A program made the translations under genes and the position numbers. From Pecten maximus (lineage: Eukaryota): 64,000 nucleotides of DNA. This document shows, piece by piece, positions 23,320 through 37,483 of the stretch; within the stretch, counting starts at the first letter, position 1; the number at the start of each line of letters is the position of its first letter. The stretch spans positions 13,020,001 to 13,084,000 of the forward strand of contig NC_047026.1 in the NCBI RefSeq assembly GCF_902652985.1. The letters are read 5' to 3'. Under the pieces are notes generated by a model. That model saw only the letters and a program-made list of their open reading frames with translations, made no database searches and was not told the DNA's origin.

Positions 23320-24458
23320 GGGGGCTGTTATCCCATCTGATGATAAATTTTATTAATATATTGGTACCACTACACAATATATAAATACGTTTCACGTTTT
23401 TGAAAAAATGAACCAATATCCAAAACGTGTCATACTGCTTAGATTAAGTAGTAAGTGAACTTGTCTTTTATATCCCAACATTAGTTTAATATCACAAGGT
23501 GTCAAGAGTTGAAGGTCGATAAAGACCATGGGAAAGTTGTATGGTTGGCACTATGATCTCATTGGGGAATATTCTATTTCCTTGTCCGATATAAGTCAGG
23601 ACTTGTTTCATGTTTGGTTATATGCCTTGTGGTTACACTGCCATTGCCCTAGTTCTCATTTTGTTAATGTGACTTAACCCGGATTTGACCTAGATTTGCA
23701 TGACGTGTGTCGTCGAGGAACCAAAAGACACTTACGAAATACCTGGTCTTATTCTACATTGTACCTTTTCAGAAGTCTCCATGAAAATAGGTATTTTTTG
23801 TTCGTATTTTCACTCGTTTTATCTATTTTTAGTTAAGTTACTCTTAAGTTGCTTTTTTTTTTGCTTTTTTGTTTGTTTTTGATTTTTGTTTTGTTTTTTG
23901 TTTTAAATCTAAATCCACTTTCATCTTCCCAAGAGATTAATATTTTCTATACTATTCGCTCTTATCATCACTTTCAATTTCTAAAAACTAAAAGGCTGTA
24001 TGATACAGTTTTTACTCATTATTCAGTATATATACATGATATTATTATAATTGTTTTACACGTGTATTAGATGGGACGGCAATCATATGATGCCACTTAA
24101 ATAAAGAGTAAAACACACAAGCTTAACGACATCGAACACAATGAACACTCACAAGTGGACAGTTCAACGACATGTGCCAGAGTGTCTGTTTATGACCAAT
24201 ATCGTCTTTAAAAACTGTTGGTCACTTCCGAGTTGATACGATATATTTCTTCCGAGGAATGGTCGTTATGACAATAAATCTGTCTAAGACTAGATGGAAT
24301 ATGATCGTTATAAATGTATTAGGCGCGTCCTGTTTCCGGGAATGTTCATCACGGGAAATGGCAGACGCAGTTAGTAAATATTCCTAAAACAAACAATCAT
24401 CAATCATTGTTAAGAGAAATAATATTTTCATTTCAGATCTTACACTGCACTATATACA

Positions 24459-27400
24459 ATGGACGATTGTCTGTTGATTGTTTCCTCGATCCTACTGGTG
24501 GTCGGCGTTAATGCTCACTCGTTATTCATGCTCTCCAGTGACCCGGGACAAATACGTCAACAGGTCCGAACCATCTACCACACACACAAACAGGAAATGT
24601 CGAGACTTCCAGTACAGACTCAAGGTATATATCTGAGGTGTACCGAATGTCACAAAACGCCAAGGACATCATTAACACATATAGTTCAGCTGTTATTATG
24701 GTAATGATGTTGAAACATCTTCAGTATGTCAACTGCATCATTCATGCATGATAAACTATCCTTAGAAGTAAATCCATGTTTATATAATTCAACAAAAGAG
24801 AGAATATGTAAGGAAAATGATATCAATGTATAAAAAGAGGGCATAAAATACATTCATACCAGACATCTAGCAAAAGAGTTTCTCTAAGATTTTTTGTTTT
24901 TTGTTTATTTATTTTTTTGTTTTTTGTTTTTTTGTGTGTGTTTTTGTGTTTGAGTTTTGTTTGTTTGTTTGTTTTTTGTCATAATTCAACTCGTAAATGA
25001 AATACAAACTGTTATAGATGTTCGGCCGTCACACATCCGTCCAAATTTCCACGAGCAGTTCGTGTTACCAAGCCGAGAGAGGATGATCAGGAAACAGACC
25101 CGTCTAGCCGATCTGTCGCTTGGAGCCATCAAGCAGATCTGTACCAGGTACAATATGGAACAGATTATACTGAAATTTTCTGGAACAGACTATTTATGAA
25201 GCAGACGATATCTGTTGTTTAACGAATGAACGATTCTTAGTGTCGTCGGTTGATATTTGGGAGACATATCATTAAGTTTTTTTCCATTATAAGATAACGT
25301 TTATGCTTTTACTAAAATATGGTGATCTCATCTTACATAAGGATATTCTTAAATTTCGTAATATTCGTAAAAAACTTGAGTAATTCTAACTTTTATTAGA
25401 TTTCTACTTGAATTTATTCATGCGTGTGCGGAAAACTAAATACCATGTCCTGATTTTAGTTCTGGTTACAATGCACATATAGCCACCAGCATTGTCTTGC
25501 TCCTCACTCATACATCAGACATATTTCTCTGACGGCTATTCAATTGTATTCATTTTTTCACTAGTACTGGTAGCACAGTTTACGAGTTGCTGGAAAAACC
25601 GAGTTGGCAGGAAGCAATCAGAACTGAGTTTGGCCATGACTGTCAGGACCTATCGGCTAATCTCACCTGTAATCCACTAAGTCGGTTCCGCACTATAGAT
25701 GGCTCGTGTAACAATCCGTTTAACCCTACTTGGGGCATGGCGGCAACACAACAAAAACGCTACCTCCGGCCCGTGTACCATGATGGTAAGTGTGCTAATA
25801 CAAAAGAAAGCAGAAAATGCAAAAAGACATTTGGGAGCCCGTTTTTTTTTTTTTAAATGATATAGACTCCTTATTTGAACTATGTTTCATAATGTAGTCG
25901 TTATGTTTTGCATTGAAAACTAAGATTTCGGGAATGAAAATTCAGAACTCAATTTTGAGCAACCCCTTCCAAATAATATCCCCACAATTTGTCCTCTTTT
26001 GAAAAATAAGCTCAGCTTTTGAAGCCCATGGGATTAGATTGAATGGAAGTGGAGATTTTGATGTTTTTGAACTACATGACACGGCGGTCAGTTATACAGT
26101 ATAATTGACATTTGATACCTATTTGTTTTTGAAAGGTATAAACTCACCACGCCTTATGGGTAGGGATGGACTACCTCTCCCAAGTGCCCGCCTTGTCAGT
26201 AACGTTGTCCACAGTTCCGGAGGGTTCGTTCGTCAGGACTGTCATCTATCGGCTATGGTGATGCAATGGGGGCAATTTCTTGACCATGACCTCGTCGGTA
26301 CGCCTGTCCTCAAAAGTAAGTGTAAAAGCTGGAATAGATCTACATAAAGGAAGGTGGGATCACCAAGAGTTTCCATCTTATGTCGCTGTAGTTTTATTTG
26401 CTGATCTCGCTTATAGTCAATATATTTCACCACGTTTTCAATATTTTCATATAATTTCTTTTCGTTAACAGTTGTTAATTGGCCTTACTATTTTGTTTAC
26501 AGAAGATAATGGATCGTCCTACGAATGTTGCGGTGCTGATTCATCATTGTGAGTGTGTTTCCGTGTACTGATATTACAACATCGCCTTATATGATTACTG
26601 GGTAAATGAATTTTTGATAAAGAAAGTTGAATGTTAAGTTTTAAATATTTATTTTGCCAAATCAGGTACTTCGTCTGAATTTAGTATTATGAATATGATT
26701 AACGATCATTTACAGTGATGGCTGCTTCCCAGTAGATATTCCTCCCAACGACGACCATTTTGAAGGGACGTGTATGAACATGGTAAGGTCCGCACCAGCA
26801 GTTGGACCGGAATGCACTATAGGTAAGTATGGGGTGTCTAGGAACATGGTAACGATTTCGCCAGCAATTCTACATGTAATACAAATAAATTGCACAATAA
26901 GTCTTAAAGTAACATTGACACGACAGAACAATATGCATAATAACAATATGTATAATAACAATATGCATAAAGACGAAATATCTTCTTGTTTATCATCACA
27001 GGTGTACGAGAACAAATGAACAAAGTGACGTCATATATAGATGCTTCGGCAGTTTACGGCTCTTCTCGGGAGGAAGAGGACTTCCTGAGGATAAAGACAA
27101 GAGGTAATGGTACTATTGCAATAAAACAAAACCATTACAACATAGTCAGCTATTTTACGATGACTATGAGAGCTAGGGAAGCAGTTGAACTTCCGTATGC
27201 AGTTTTTGTTGATGTGAATTTATGTGTGAAGTTTTAAGGTTATAATATACGTAATCCACGCAACATGAACATCTAAGATTCAGTTAATTAAATTATATTA
27301 AAACCTTGGTAACAATGTCGTATACTTGGGAGAACAAAAACGAAATAACCTTGGAAATATAAACCGTCTTCACACTCTTTTCAAAGTAAATGTTAAATGA

Positions 27401-30400
27401 GATTCAATTGCATGGATTTACTATTTCTCTTTAGATTCAGTCGTTGATTACCAAGAAATGTTTCTCGATTTGACATGAGGAATTATTGGGTTACCATATA
27501 CAGTTTATGGTGATGTAGGAAACTCTTCCACTTTTGGAACATCTCTTGTCTCCCCTTTTTTGGCGTTCATTTCACATCTTTTTTCGGCATAGCCGTTTAA
27601 TTTTCTTTTGGCCCCGGATATGACGCGACAGGTGGCGTTACTGGTCAAGATGAAGTATGTGATTGGTCAATGTAGCGGTAACTGCAAAATGCAGATATCC
27701 AGTTAAAAACGAAACAAAGCTAAGATTGAATGTAAGCTGAATAAGTAGATTATCTTTTTAAATGACACATTAATAAAATCATATTCCTGATTCAAATGCA
27801 GCCTTGTTATTACCAAAAATGATTCAAACTGATAAGATACAATTTTGTTATTCGTGCTAAACCATCAGTTTTACAATATAACCACCAGCATTAAAACTAT
27901 GCCGTTCATCTTTTTTAAAGATATTTCTTGTTCTTGTTATATCTATTAATATTTCTATTGTTATCATTGTTATTGTTGTTTTTGTTTCTTTGTATTGCCT
28001 TTAAGATTCCATATGAATTGACAGTTTGATCGACGTCTTTAATCTTTTTCGACAATTATCCGTTTTTCTGTTTTATCAAGGTCTGTTAAAAGAGGGAGAA
28101 AATCGAATGCTGCCACCTAGCGGCAAAGACAACTGTATACAGAGGACTTCAGATGACGTGTGTATGACAGCAGGTAAACTGTCGACCATAAACGTGACGT
28201 ACAATGACGTGCACAGTATGCTACATATACTAAATCCCCCCCGTTTCGGGCCCCAACTTTCTGAAAATTCCTTCCAAATACTGTCGAGATATGCCGTTGA
28301 TGTAGCATGCAATGAAAAATCACTCATGGGGCCACGAAACATGTTCGTTTTAGACATGTTATACAGTATAGATAACTTGAGGGGATTGACAATACATCTA
28401 TTTATATATATATAAATTTTTACGAAAAGAGCAGAGTCCCGCGGGTTTCCGACTAAGACCAAAATTGTCACACTTTCAATGTCATATCAAACATTTTCTT
28501 CCAAATGTATAATTGATATTTCTACGGTTACACTTTGTTTTCTAATTTCTGCTGTAGCAATTTAGTAGTCTTTAAGCAGTTTTAAAAAGTATGATCGATT
28601 GAAACAAGAAGTCAAACTTCATAATTTACACTATTACCACTCTCTGAGATTTTTATCTTCAAAATTTGAAATTAGGTGTAATCCACCTCTCTATTTGGTA
28701 ACTTCCGGTCTTATAATAAATTATTTTAGGAAGCTGTTGTATTAAACATTTATCTGTGTTGATTAAATATTTTCTTTGCTGTCTTTACAGGTGATGACCG
28801 TCCTAATGTTGTACCTTCGTTAGGAGCCATACACACTTTATTCATGAGGGAACACAATAGGATAGCCGCCATGCTCGGCGTCCTGAATCGTTTCTGGGAC
28901 GACGAGAGGATTTACCAAGAAACACGCCGAATTATGTCTGCACTGATACAACATATCACATACTTCGAATACTTACCTTTAATTCTAGGTAAGCGGATTA
29001 TGGAGTACTATGACATTCTACCAAACATTGAATCCTTGGAGGCAAGCGTCTATAATACGTCAACCAATGCCGGAATAGCTAATGTCTTTGCCGTGGCAGC
29101 GTTTAGATTTGGTCATTCGCAGATTCCTTCTATTCAAACGTTTATTGGACCAAGAGAATCCTACCGGCGTGACTTTCGGATTGAGAGTACGTATCACAGA
29201 CCATACTTTGCACAATTCAATAACGGACAAGGTGCAGAGGATGTGTTGAGATGGCTAGTCAAAGACTCACAGCCGGAAACAAACAGGTACCTATTGTTTC
29301 TGAAAATGTCTTCGCACTAGATTCATTGTCTGAAAATTCCTAGTTTTGAAAAATACAATATTCATAATAGATTAACGTACGTGTATTCAATCCTATTATC
29401 TCGCTAACGTCCCCTTTGTTAAATTTCCTTAACGATATCACATTGACGTTTTATGTCATTTTTATGAATAAGTATATTTTTTAGTTTGGTTATATTTTCA
29501 TTACCCTAATCTCACTTTGAGAGCTCACATTGCGGTGTTTTCGAAGTGATGAGAGGAACTTTCGGAACACCTGTTCAAACAAGTGTTTAATTGTTAACTT
29601 TATCAATTTTTGAAGTTTTGTTCCTATATTTTGAATTGAAATAACGGTTTTTGTTTACATTTGCAGTCAGTAGTGAAATTATCCGTACTATCAATATTTT
29701 CATCATTTTACTTGAATGACGTTCATAGATTGTGCAAATCCGATAAACAATTACCTTTGTGACATCGACATCACACTTGAAGTTCAGCGCAATACATGGA
29801 TTGCTACCTCTATATGACTGGATAACAAACTTATTTTTCTCACAGAGTTTTTGTTCGAGGCGTACGGGATCAGTTATTCCTAAGGAACAACGTCAGCCTC
29901 GATCTGGCAGCTATCAATATTCAGAGGAGTCGTGACCATGGCGTGGCGCCATACAATTCGTGGCGAAAGTGGTGTGGCCTGGATAGCGTCCGGCATTTCG
30001 GGGTTGGACAGGATGGGCTGGTTCACCATGACCCAGATACAGCCAGACTACTTCAACGGGCTTACCGGTACATATCTACTACATACAGAAAGCATAATTG
30101 TTTCTCTGATGGCGGGTTGTTTGTTTGTTTGGTATATCACCCTGTGAACAGCAAGGGTCATTTTGAGGCTGGGTCTCCTTATAGTAGTTGGTGACTACCT
30201 CACTGAACAACATACGGGATGCCCATCGGGTACCAATCAAAGTAGTTAGGATTAAGTGTCTTGCCCAAGGACACAACCACGGCAGTACAGACTGGTCCGT
30301 TTCTCAGCTTCCCGAGAAAAACAAAAACCGACACAGGTAGTAAGCGTCGAACCACGTACCTCGGATCTTCACCTGAGGTTATGTGGCTGGTCCTCTAACC

Positions 30401-31760
30401 GACTGAGCTCTTTCTGCTTCTTCTCTGATGGATGTTTTGATAAACAACATTTTCCCGTATAAACGTATAAAACATGAACTATATAATTTGCGTTTCGTTG
30501 TATTTGTTGATGATTTCGAAATTTACAATAGGTGATATTTCTTCATACTTAATTTTTTCCAATGGTCCGGAACATACTCTTTTTTAGTGTTAGTTAGAAT
30601 GAGCTTTTTCAAAACAGTCCATATGTAGTCTGACACAGTTATATGGTGTCTTGTTGTTAAGGCTACATTCCACAATGTTTTTTCCGAGGTAGTTGGTATG
30701 TCTTTGGCTATACATCTCCTCACACAGCCTTCAGCACTCTATTGCATTCTTTTACAGTGATCCAGACGACATAGATGTCCTAACAGGGGCCATATCGGAA
30801 CGTCGCATCAAAGGGGCCAGTGTCGGCCCAACATTTGCCTGCATTATAGGATACCAATTCAAGGAGCTCAAGATGGGGGATAGGTTCTGGTATGAAAGGG
30901 CGCATCCCATCACAGGCTTTACAGATAGTAAGTCATATCCAGGACAGTCGATAAAATAGTGTACTACCAAAAAAACATCTTCGATCTTTCATATTTTGAC
31001 ACAGTCATATTTTAGCGCAAAAATTGAATAGATTAGCCATTTGATGGATAACCCCCCATTGTATAAACAATAGGGAAAATCATAATTTAGCCCAATGATT
31101 TAAGATAAAAAATAAGAAATAACTTACATTTGTGCACAAAAAACACTGTGTTCACATTATTTCGATTCAGCTGGCTTTTACATTGTCTTTTTTAATTTAT
31201 GTATATTTATATCTTGATCTAATGTATTTTATGAATGCTCCATTATCATCAAAGAGAAAACATATGAGCAAGTAGTTTGTCAGCACATGAAAGTTAAATT
31301 AACGGAAAATGGTGCCAAGTTATGACTTGTCATATGAAAACTACTTTAAATTGACATTGTTTTGTTTTCATTAACAGGACAATTGAGGTCGATTCGAAGA
31401 ATGCGATTATCAAAGATTCTTTGTGAAAATTTCAACATTACACCATTACAGAAAAATGTATTTCTTCTTCCGGATAGCAGGTAAGATGATGAATGTCGTT
31501 TACGATTAATTTCTGTCTGATTGAATACTATCTCAAGGTCGCATTTTGCTACTATAATCCTTAAGAAAAGACACAACCAGCGTATTGTAAACGCTGCAAC
31601 ATATACGGTGACAATAAAGTATGGTAGAAATGAGAATGACATATAATTATGGAATTATTTCAGGGGTAAATCCAAATCCACTCACCCAGTGCCTTGTCAC
31701 TCACTTCCGGATCTAGACATCCGCGCATGGCAGGACTACAGATACGGAGACTCAAAGTAG
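24459..31760 (+). CDS. Secreted animal haem peroxidase (peroxidase-cyclooxygenase superfamily; chorion peroxidase/peroxinectin-like), 710 aa
   Basis: Coding exons 24459-24624, 25018-25147, 25565-25785, 26136-26315, 26503-26548, 26716-26822, 27002-27103, 28081-28173, 28791-29286, 29846-30067, 30758-30927, 31378-31480 and 31664-31760 (2133 nt, all phases join). Signal peptide present. Motifs [25 protein letters not shown] (distal His), [12 protein letters not shown] (Ca site), GDDR (distal Arg), FMREHNR, FRFGHS (proximal His), [14 protein letters not shown] and GDRFWYE. Confidence 0.96.
30118..30415 (-). mobile_element. tRNA-derived SINE (CORE-like central domain) in a peroxidase intron
   Basis: Reverse complement reads GCTCAGTCGGTTAGAG (A box) ... 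GGTTCGACGC (B box) ... GTGTCCTTGGGCAAGACACTTAATCC, with a (CAAA)n tail. Homologous to 32974-33265 and 56530-56820. Confidence 0.8.
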
Positions 31761-32973
31761 ACAACTGCTTGTCAAATGTGTCGTCTGATTATGGATTTGA
31801 AGTTCCTATTCCGATGAAATCTTGGGCCAGTTGAGACGTGTGCTATATGAAAAATTGATTGGCATGTATCTGCCACGAGGAGGACAAGAGTTGGTTTAAA
31901 GTGTTTGGCAGTTGTGTAGACACATTTGGTAATTCTGTATACTGACTTCAGAATCAATACTTCTATATGTACCAACCGAAAGGTTTTTAATGCTTCATAT
32001 TGACTGATCGATGTAAATCCATAACAAATCTATCGAAATGTTATATTCGAGGAATACTTGACACCATCATTGTCCTTCGTGGCGCAAACTGTTTATTCCG
32101 GAACACAACAAGACAAACCTAATTTTCGGAACTAACAGAACATAACGACATGATGGTATTATCCGGAATTAAGGCATTTGGTGGTCAGATGAAAATATAT
32201 ATTTTACATAATATTATATGTAATAGAAATGCCAGCAACAAGGATAGGTAACAGTGATTTCGGCATTGCTGGTATTGGCATTGTCCAGCCTTCGATGTGC
32301 AAGGATGTAATTTCTGTTGAGATTGCCGTCGCGACATTGTACTGCAGGCAAAAAAGTTCATTAGCTGGATATAACTGTTAAAAGACATGTTCATAGCTGT
32401 GACAAGAACGTTTCTATTTGTGTTCGCCCGCAGCTAGTGACATTGTTTAGCAATGCCTCGTGTAGTGCCAACGCTTTTTAAGATCATTAATACAATAACT
32501 CCAGCTACTCAATATATTTTTGATACTAGAGGTGTATAAATTTGGAGCAATATAATCCAGGTTTTATAAATTTAATAATTCTTTCAGCAATGATTCACGT
32601 GTGTTTGTTGTCCGAATTATTCTGACTTTTTTTATCGGTATGGTGTAAAATTCCGGCCCTTTAAAACATGCGGAAATAAGTGACCCTTGCCTAGATATCT
32701 CTTCAAATGGTTATTGTAGATAAAAATCGTCATTTTCACACTCACGCCACACAGATCCAGGCGAGGGCCGTTCCTTTCCCACACGTTTTTGATTTCTTCG
32801 ACGACACACTGATATGAAAAATGTCGATAAAACGTCAGAATATTTCGAATTAGTTTGTTAGATATCGGCTCTCATAGTACGAAAATGAGAGAAGGCATGC
32901 TACATATTTCACTTACAATCATGTTACATAATGTAGGTTTTATATAACCACAGATTTGACCACTTAGAGCGCA

Positions 32974-33265
32974 GGAGCCGCGATAGTTTAGTCGGTTAGA
33001 GCGCCGGCTACGTAATCTTAGGTGAAGATCCAAGGTGTGCGATTTGATGATCCATGACCTTGTTGGTTTGTTTCTCGGGAAGCTAAACGGGCCGGTCTGT
33101 GTTGTCGTGGTTGTGCCCTTTGGTAAGACACTTTACCCTAATCGCTCTGGATGGCATGCGATAGGCCTGTCGTATGTTGTTCAGTATCACCAATTACTTC
33201 AAGGATAACCCTCCTCAAAATGATCCTGGCTGTTCATACGGCAATGAACCCAGAAAACAAACTTC
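32974..33265 (+). mobile_element. tRNA-derived SINE (CORE-like), same family as 30118-30415
   Basis: GGAGCCGCGATAGTTTAGTCGGTTAGAGCG head, GTGCCCTTTGGTAAGACACTTTACCC core, and 3' AAATGATCCTGGCTGTT..AAACAAAC. Confidence 0.8.
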
Positions 33266-35114
33266 TGTTTCTGTACACGTATAACGGTACTTCAGGAATC
33301 CCGTGCTGTAGTTGGTCGTTCAGCGAAAATCAACACTGCATAACAAACAAACACATCCATACGTTAAGAAAAGAAACATTCATAAGAGGATGGCGCAAAA
33401 GACACACAAGAATTTAGCACTTTTCAATAAAAGTTTAGAGAAAGATACAGTAAGCTAAAAATGCATAAGTCCTGCATCATACAGCTGTTTCGTCCTTCTC
33501 AGGCTCGTCAGTGATGCTAATTAGGGCCTAGGGCGGATATAACATCTGGATGGGTAGGGACAATAACCCCATAATTTAGTAAATTTCAGAGTTTCCTATA
33601 TTGAATTTCAAACGAACGTGAAGCACAGTTGTATATACTGTAAGCGTACTTTATTTGGTGTACTCAAATTTTAGCTCATTTCCTCATTAAAACAGATTAG
33701 CGTATTGATGAAACTGATATAGAAACAGTTTATAAAAAGTGCAATAAGCACATCTTGTGCAAAAAGCGCTTAAATAAGCTTGCCGCTGAAATATGTACGT
33801 TTGCAGTATCCTGATCCATGCCACTAATATGAATTAAATCGTGAAACGCGGGGTTTATCTCTGACATGTATTTGTCATTACATAATAGATATACATAATG
33901 TTCACTGATTAAATGTTTACACCGTTTATATTTCACATAGATATCTTGTATATTTCGCACTATGAACTTCACACGTAAGTTTTCTCTACAACAGTAATAA
34001 ACACACAATGGTCGCATGCATCTACATACGTTATCGGAAGTCGCGAAAAACGACGTCTCTATCCACTGAACATTGACCCGCCCAGACCTTATCTGAGTGG
34101 TATCGCCCTTGTTATAGATAGCGACAGCCATACAGTTAACCTGATCAGGTTACTGTCACCATGTTTATGGACGATTTATGTGCCAGCTTACGATAGGGCA
34201 ATATATTATACTACAAAATGTCTACCGTTTCCTATAAAGATGAAACATTGTATTTTGGTGTTTTTTCTAAAAACAATGTGTCATTATTGACATAATATTG
34301 AAAAACAACAAAAAAGAATCACCGGCTATAATGCGAATGGGGTCTCTTTGTATTCCAGTTTTTTCCTGAAGTAAGCAGCTTTTTTTGGCTACACTGTTTT
34401 CATTTCTAATTACAGAACTTTCGACAATAATCCGTGTTATTTTTGTACTTTTGATGGACATCACCGAACAAAGATTACAAATAAAGGAAGTGACGTATAC
34501 AGTACTCCTCGAGTGATGACCAGTTAGCCAATCGGAACACCTTTCTTGTTTCATAGAAAATGACAGGTAGCTTTGCTCGATTATGATACACCATGTACCA
34601 ATGTTGCACGCGCAACATACTTAAATTAAACAGCTTTATTATGCTTTTTCGGTAGCCACGTTTCTACTGAACATGGCTATTTCAAGTGTAATATATAACC
34701 ATAAAAAGCAGACACACCTTATTATAATGATCGATGACCTTTTGAAGCTTGTTTTATTAATGGAAATTCGATATATCAGAAACGTGTTAAAGATTCTGAT
34801 GACTTGACTTGGAAAGAAAATGTCACTTTGATGTAAATATATTGAATATTTGATTAATTTCACGAGACTAATATTTTGAGGTTATTCCAGTCGGAACTGG
34901 TTGACAGGTATCGAACTTTGCGCAATCCTGTCTTATAATACAGTAAACATTTATATACCTATACATTTAAGTCATAGATATTCGCTGAATATATCTATTT
35001 TCACGCTGTATTTAATGACGACGCGAACATAGCGAAATTAAATCACTCGCGAGTTATCAACTATACCTGAATTAGCTTTAAATGTTTAGCAGTAAACTTA
35101 TTCAGGGTAATGTA

Positions 35115-35312
35115 ATCAAGTTTAATGTTTACTAGTTAACAGAATATGGTTAAATGTTTACTGGTAGTTTAATGTTTACTAGTTAACAGAATCAGGTTTC
35201 ATGTTTACTAGTAGTTAAATGTTTACTAGTTGACAGAATCAGGTTTAAAGTTTGCTGGTAGTTTAATGTTTACTAGTTAACAGAATCAGGTTAAATATTT
35301 ACTAGTAGTTTC
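35115..35312. repeat. AT-rich compound tandem repeat (GTTTAATGTTTACTAGT subunits, ~46-bp period)
   Basis: Repeated GTTTAATGTTTACTAGTTAACAGAATCAG interleaved with shorter GTT..ATGTTTACT(G/A)GTA units. Confidence 0.8.
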
Positions 35313-35397
35313 GTGTAACCTCACGTTAGATTGTCTTGATAAATAATAAACATATCATGTTTGTACTGTTTGAATCACATGAAATCGGTTGCCCCCA

Positions 35398-35690
35398 TGT
35401 AATTCTGTCGGTGATAACGTATCTTAAATAGGAAATCACGTGATACAAAAACACGTCATACTGATATTACAATCAATCATCCAATATTCTCGGTCAATCT
35501 CTCCCAGAGTGCATTGCGACACACTATGATATTTGGTTTTTATGTAAATCTGTCGGTGATAACGTATCTTAAATCGGATTTCACGTGATAAAAAGACACG
35601 TCATACTGATATTAGAATCAAACATCAAATATTCTTTGTCAATCTCTCCCAGAGTGCATTGCGACACACTATGATATTTGTTTTTTTACG
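35398..35690. repeat. 145-bp tandem duplication (2 copies)
   Basis: TCTGTCGGTGATAACGTATCTTAAAT starts at 35404 and at 35549, and the downstream sequence is near-identical. Confidence 0.92.
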
Positions 35691-35736
35691 CTTGCCGATA
35701 TCAAACCAACATACTTGAATATACATTTGATACCTT

Positions 35737-35935
35737 GGTTTGGTTTATTTTGTTTACCGTCCTATTAACAGCCATGCAGGGTCTTTAAAAGGACGTGTCA
35801 GGTTTTGGAGGTGGGGGAATGCCAGGAGTACCCGGAGAAAAAATCCACCGGCCTACGGTCAGTACCAGGCAACTGCCCCTCGTGGGTTTCGAACTCGCGA
35901 CCCAGATGGTCTGTTAGTTATAATGTTAGGTTTTT
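35737..35935 (-). mobile_element. V-domain SINE, degraded copy
   Basis: Shares TTTATTTTGTTTA..CCTATTAACAGCCA and GGAGTACCCGGAGAAAAA with the copy at 37211-37483. Confidence 0.75.
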
Positions 35936-36267
35936 AGTGCATACCGGTTCTTTTTATTGATATATTAGGTTCAATTTTTTAACACTATCAAAACCGTACT
36001 TATGTTTAAGTCTATGTATTTCCAATGGACATGGAGCTCTGGCCAAATTTGCGACGGCCGATATGGCCCGGTTAAAACGTTTCATCACAAATACAAAAAT
36101 GCCAGGCATATTTTCAAATGTGTCTGGCAGAATTCACCAACTACTACTAGAAGACCCTGCCTCAAAATGTCTCTGGCAGTTCACGGGGTAATAAACCCAG
36201 CAAACAAACAATCACATTTCATGACGTCATGGCATTGTCACATATTATGACTACACTAGTGACATAT

Positions 36268-36898
36268 ATAGAGATTACACAACGAGTGGTTGTCGTATAT
36301 TGTATTACTATCACTCGAGTTAGGTATTTTCATAAGTTACAAAACACACGAGCTTTAGCGTTTTTAGTAAGTTTGGAAAAATAACTAACGGGAGTGACAG
36401 GGATACCATCTACAAGAACCACAAATTTGTTTGACTTGTTTCTACCACAATAGAAAAGCTATTCTGAGGATAATTTGACCTGATTTGTGTCAATGTGTAT
36501 TCTTTTCATATTATCAGTTGGTGTGTAAGAATATTACCTAAAGTGAAATGCCACTAATTAATATGCAAACTGACAATTTCAGAAATGTGTGGAAATATTA
36601 AAAGTTATTACAAATTATAACAAATAATAAGCATCTTTTTTTTTAATTTTCAAAGCAATAAATTGATAGAAATCTGTATATGTATTTTCAAAATGTGACA
36701 AAAAACAACTGCGACCTACTTCTTGAACCATTGAACCACGTGATTAGTAATAGTTCCGGTCAAAGGTCACAGTGTACACCAATCAAAACACATATCGAGT
36801 TTATTCCACGTGTAGTGTGAACTGAAAGTTATTCAACAGATTACTGATTATTTCATGCCTTGGTAGTTGAATAACATCCACCCATTGTGGTAGAAACA
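36268..36898. mobile_element. Non-autonomous repeat with an internal inverted repeat (possibly Crypton-like); related fragment at ~8095-8290
   Basis: TTTCTACCACAAT (~36439) pairs with ATTGTGGTAGAAA (~36884). The segment CCTAAAGTGAAATGCC..AATATGCAAA is shared with 8165-8198. Confidence 0.5.
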
Positions 36899-37210
36899 AA
36901 AATATTACATGCGAGTATTCACAGAATAACAGGACGATGGCATAATAAAACCCTTTCTACAATAATCGATCATGATATATTAAACAAACAAAAACATCGC
37001 ATTCGTCGATTATACCTCTAATATAACATGTAATGACATACGATGTGATAGTCATCCAAACAGTTCAAATGATATCGACTTAAAAGTGAAATTCATTCGA
37101 AATTGTTTAGTTTCATTCCATGATACACTCTGTATTTTTTTTCATTTCAAATGAGCTGTGCGCTCGATGAACTTATACTATTGCAAACGTGATCAAGTTA
37201 CAGAGAAGTT

Positions 37211-37483
37211 TGGTTTATTTTGTTTAACGTCCTATTAACAGCCAGGGTCATTTAAGGACGTGCCAGGTTTATTTTGTTTAACGCCCTATTAACAGCCAGG
37301 GTCATTTAAGGACGTGCCAGGTTTTGGAGGTGGAGGAAAGCCGGAGTACCCGGAGAAAAACCACCGGTCTACGGTCAGTACATGGCAACTGCCCCACGTA
37401 GGTGTCCAACTCGCAACCCAGAGGTGGAGGGCTGGTGATAAAGTGTCGGGACACCTTAACCACTCGGCCACCGCGGCCCCTTG
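37211..37483 (-). mobile_element. Full-length tRNA-derived V-domain SINE with a 10-bp TSD and duplicated 3' tail
   Basis: Reverse complement begins GGGGCCGCGGTGGCCGAGTGGTTAAGG and contains the V-SINE-type GGTTTTTCTCCGGGTACTCCGGCTTTCCTCC. CAGAGAAGTT is duplicated at 37201-37210 and 37484-37493. Confidence 0.88.

Noticed and set aside
23288-23324. Poly-T/poly-G run as a functional G-quadruplex
   Set aside because: A simple homopolymer whose length is unreliable in assemblies, with no supporting context.
33730-34863. Cluster of minus-strand ORFs (133, 95 and 74 aa)
   Set aside because: No motifs or consistent splice structure. The composition fits non-coding or repeat-derived DNA.
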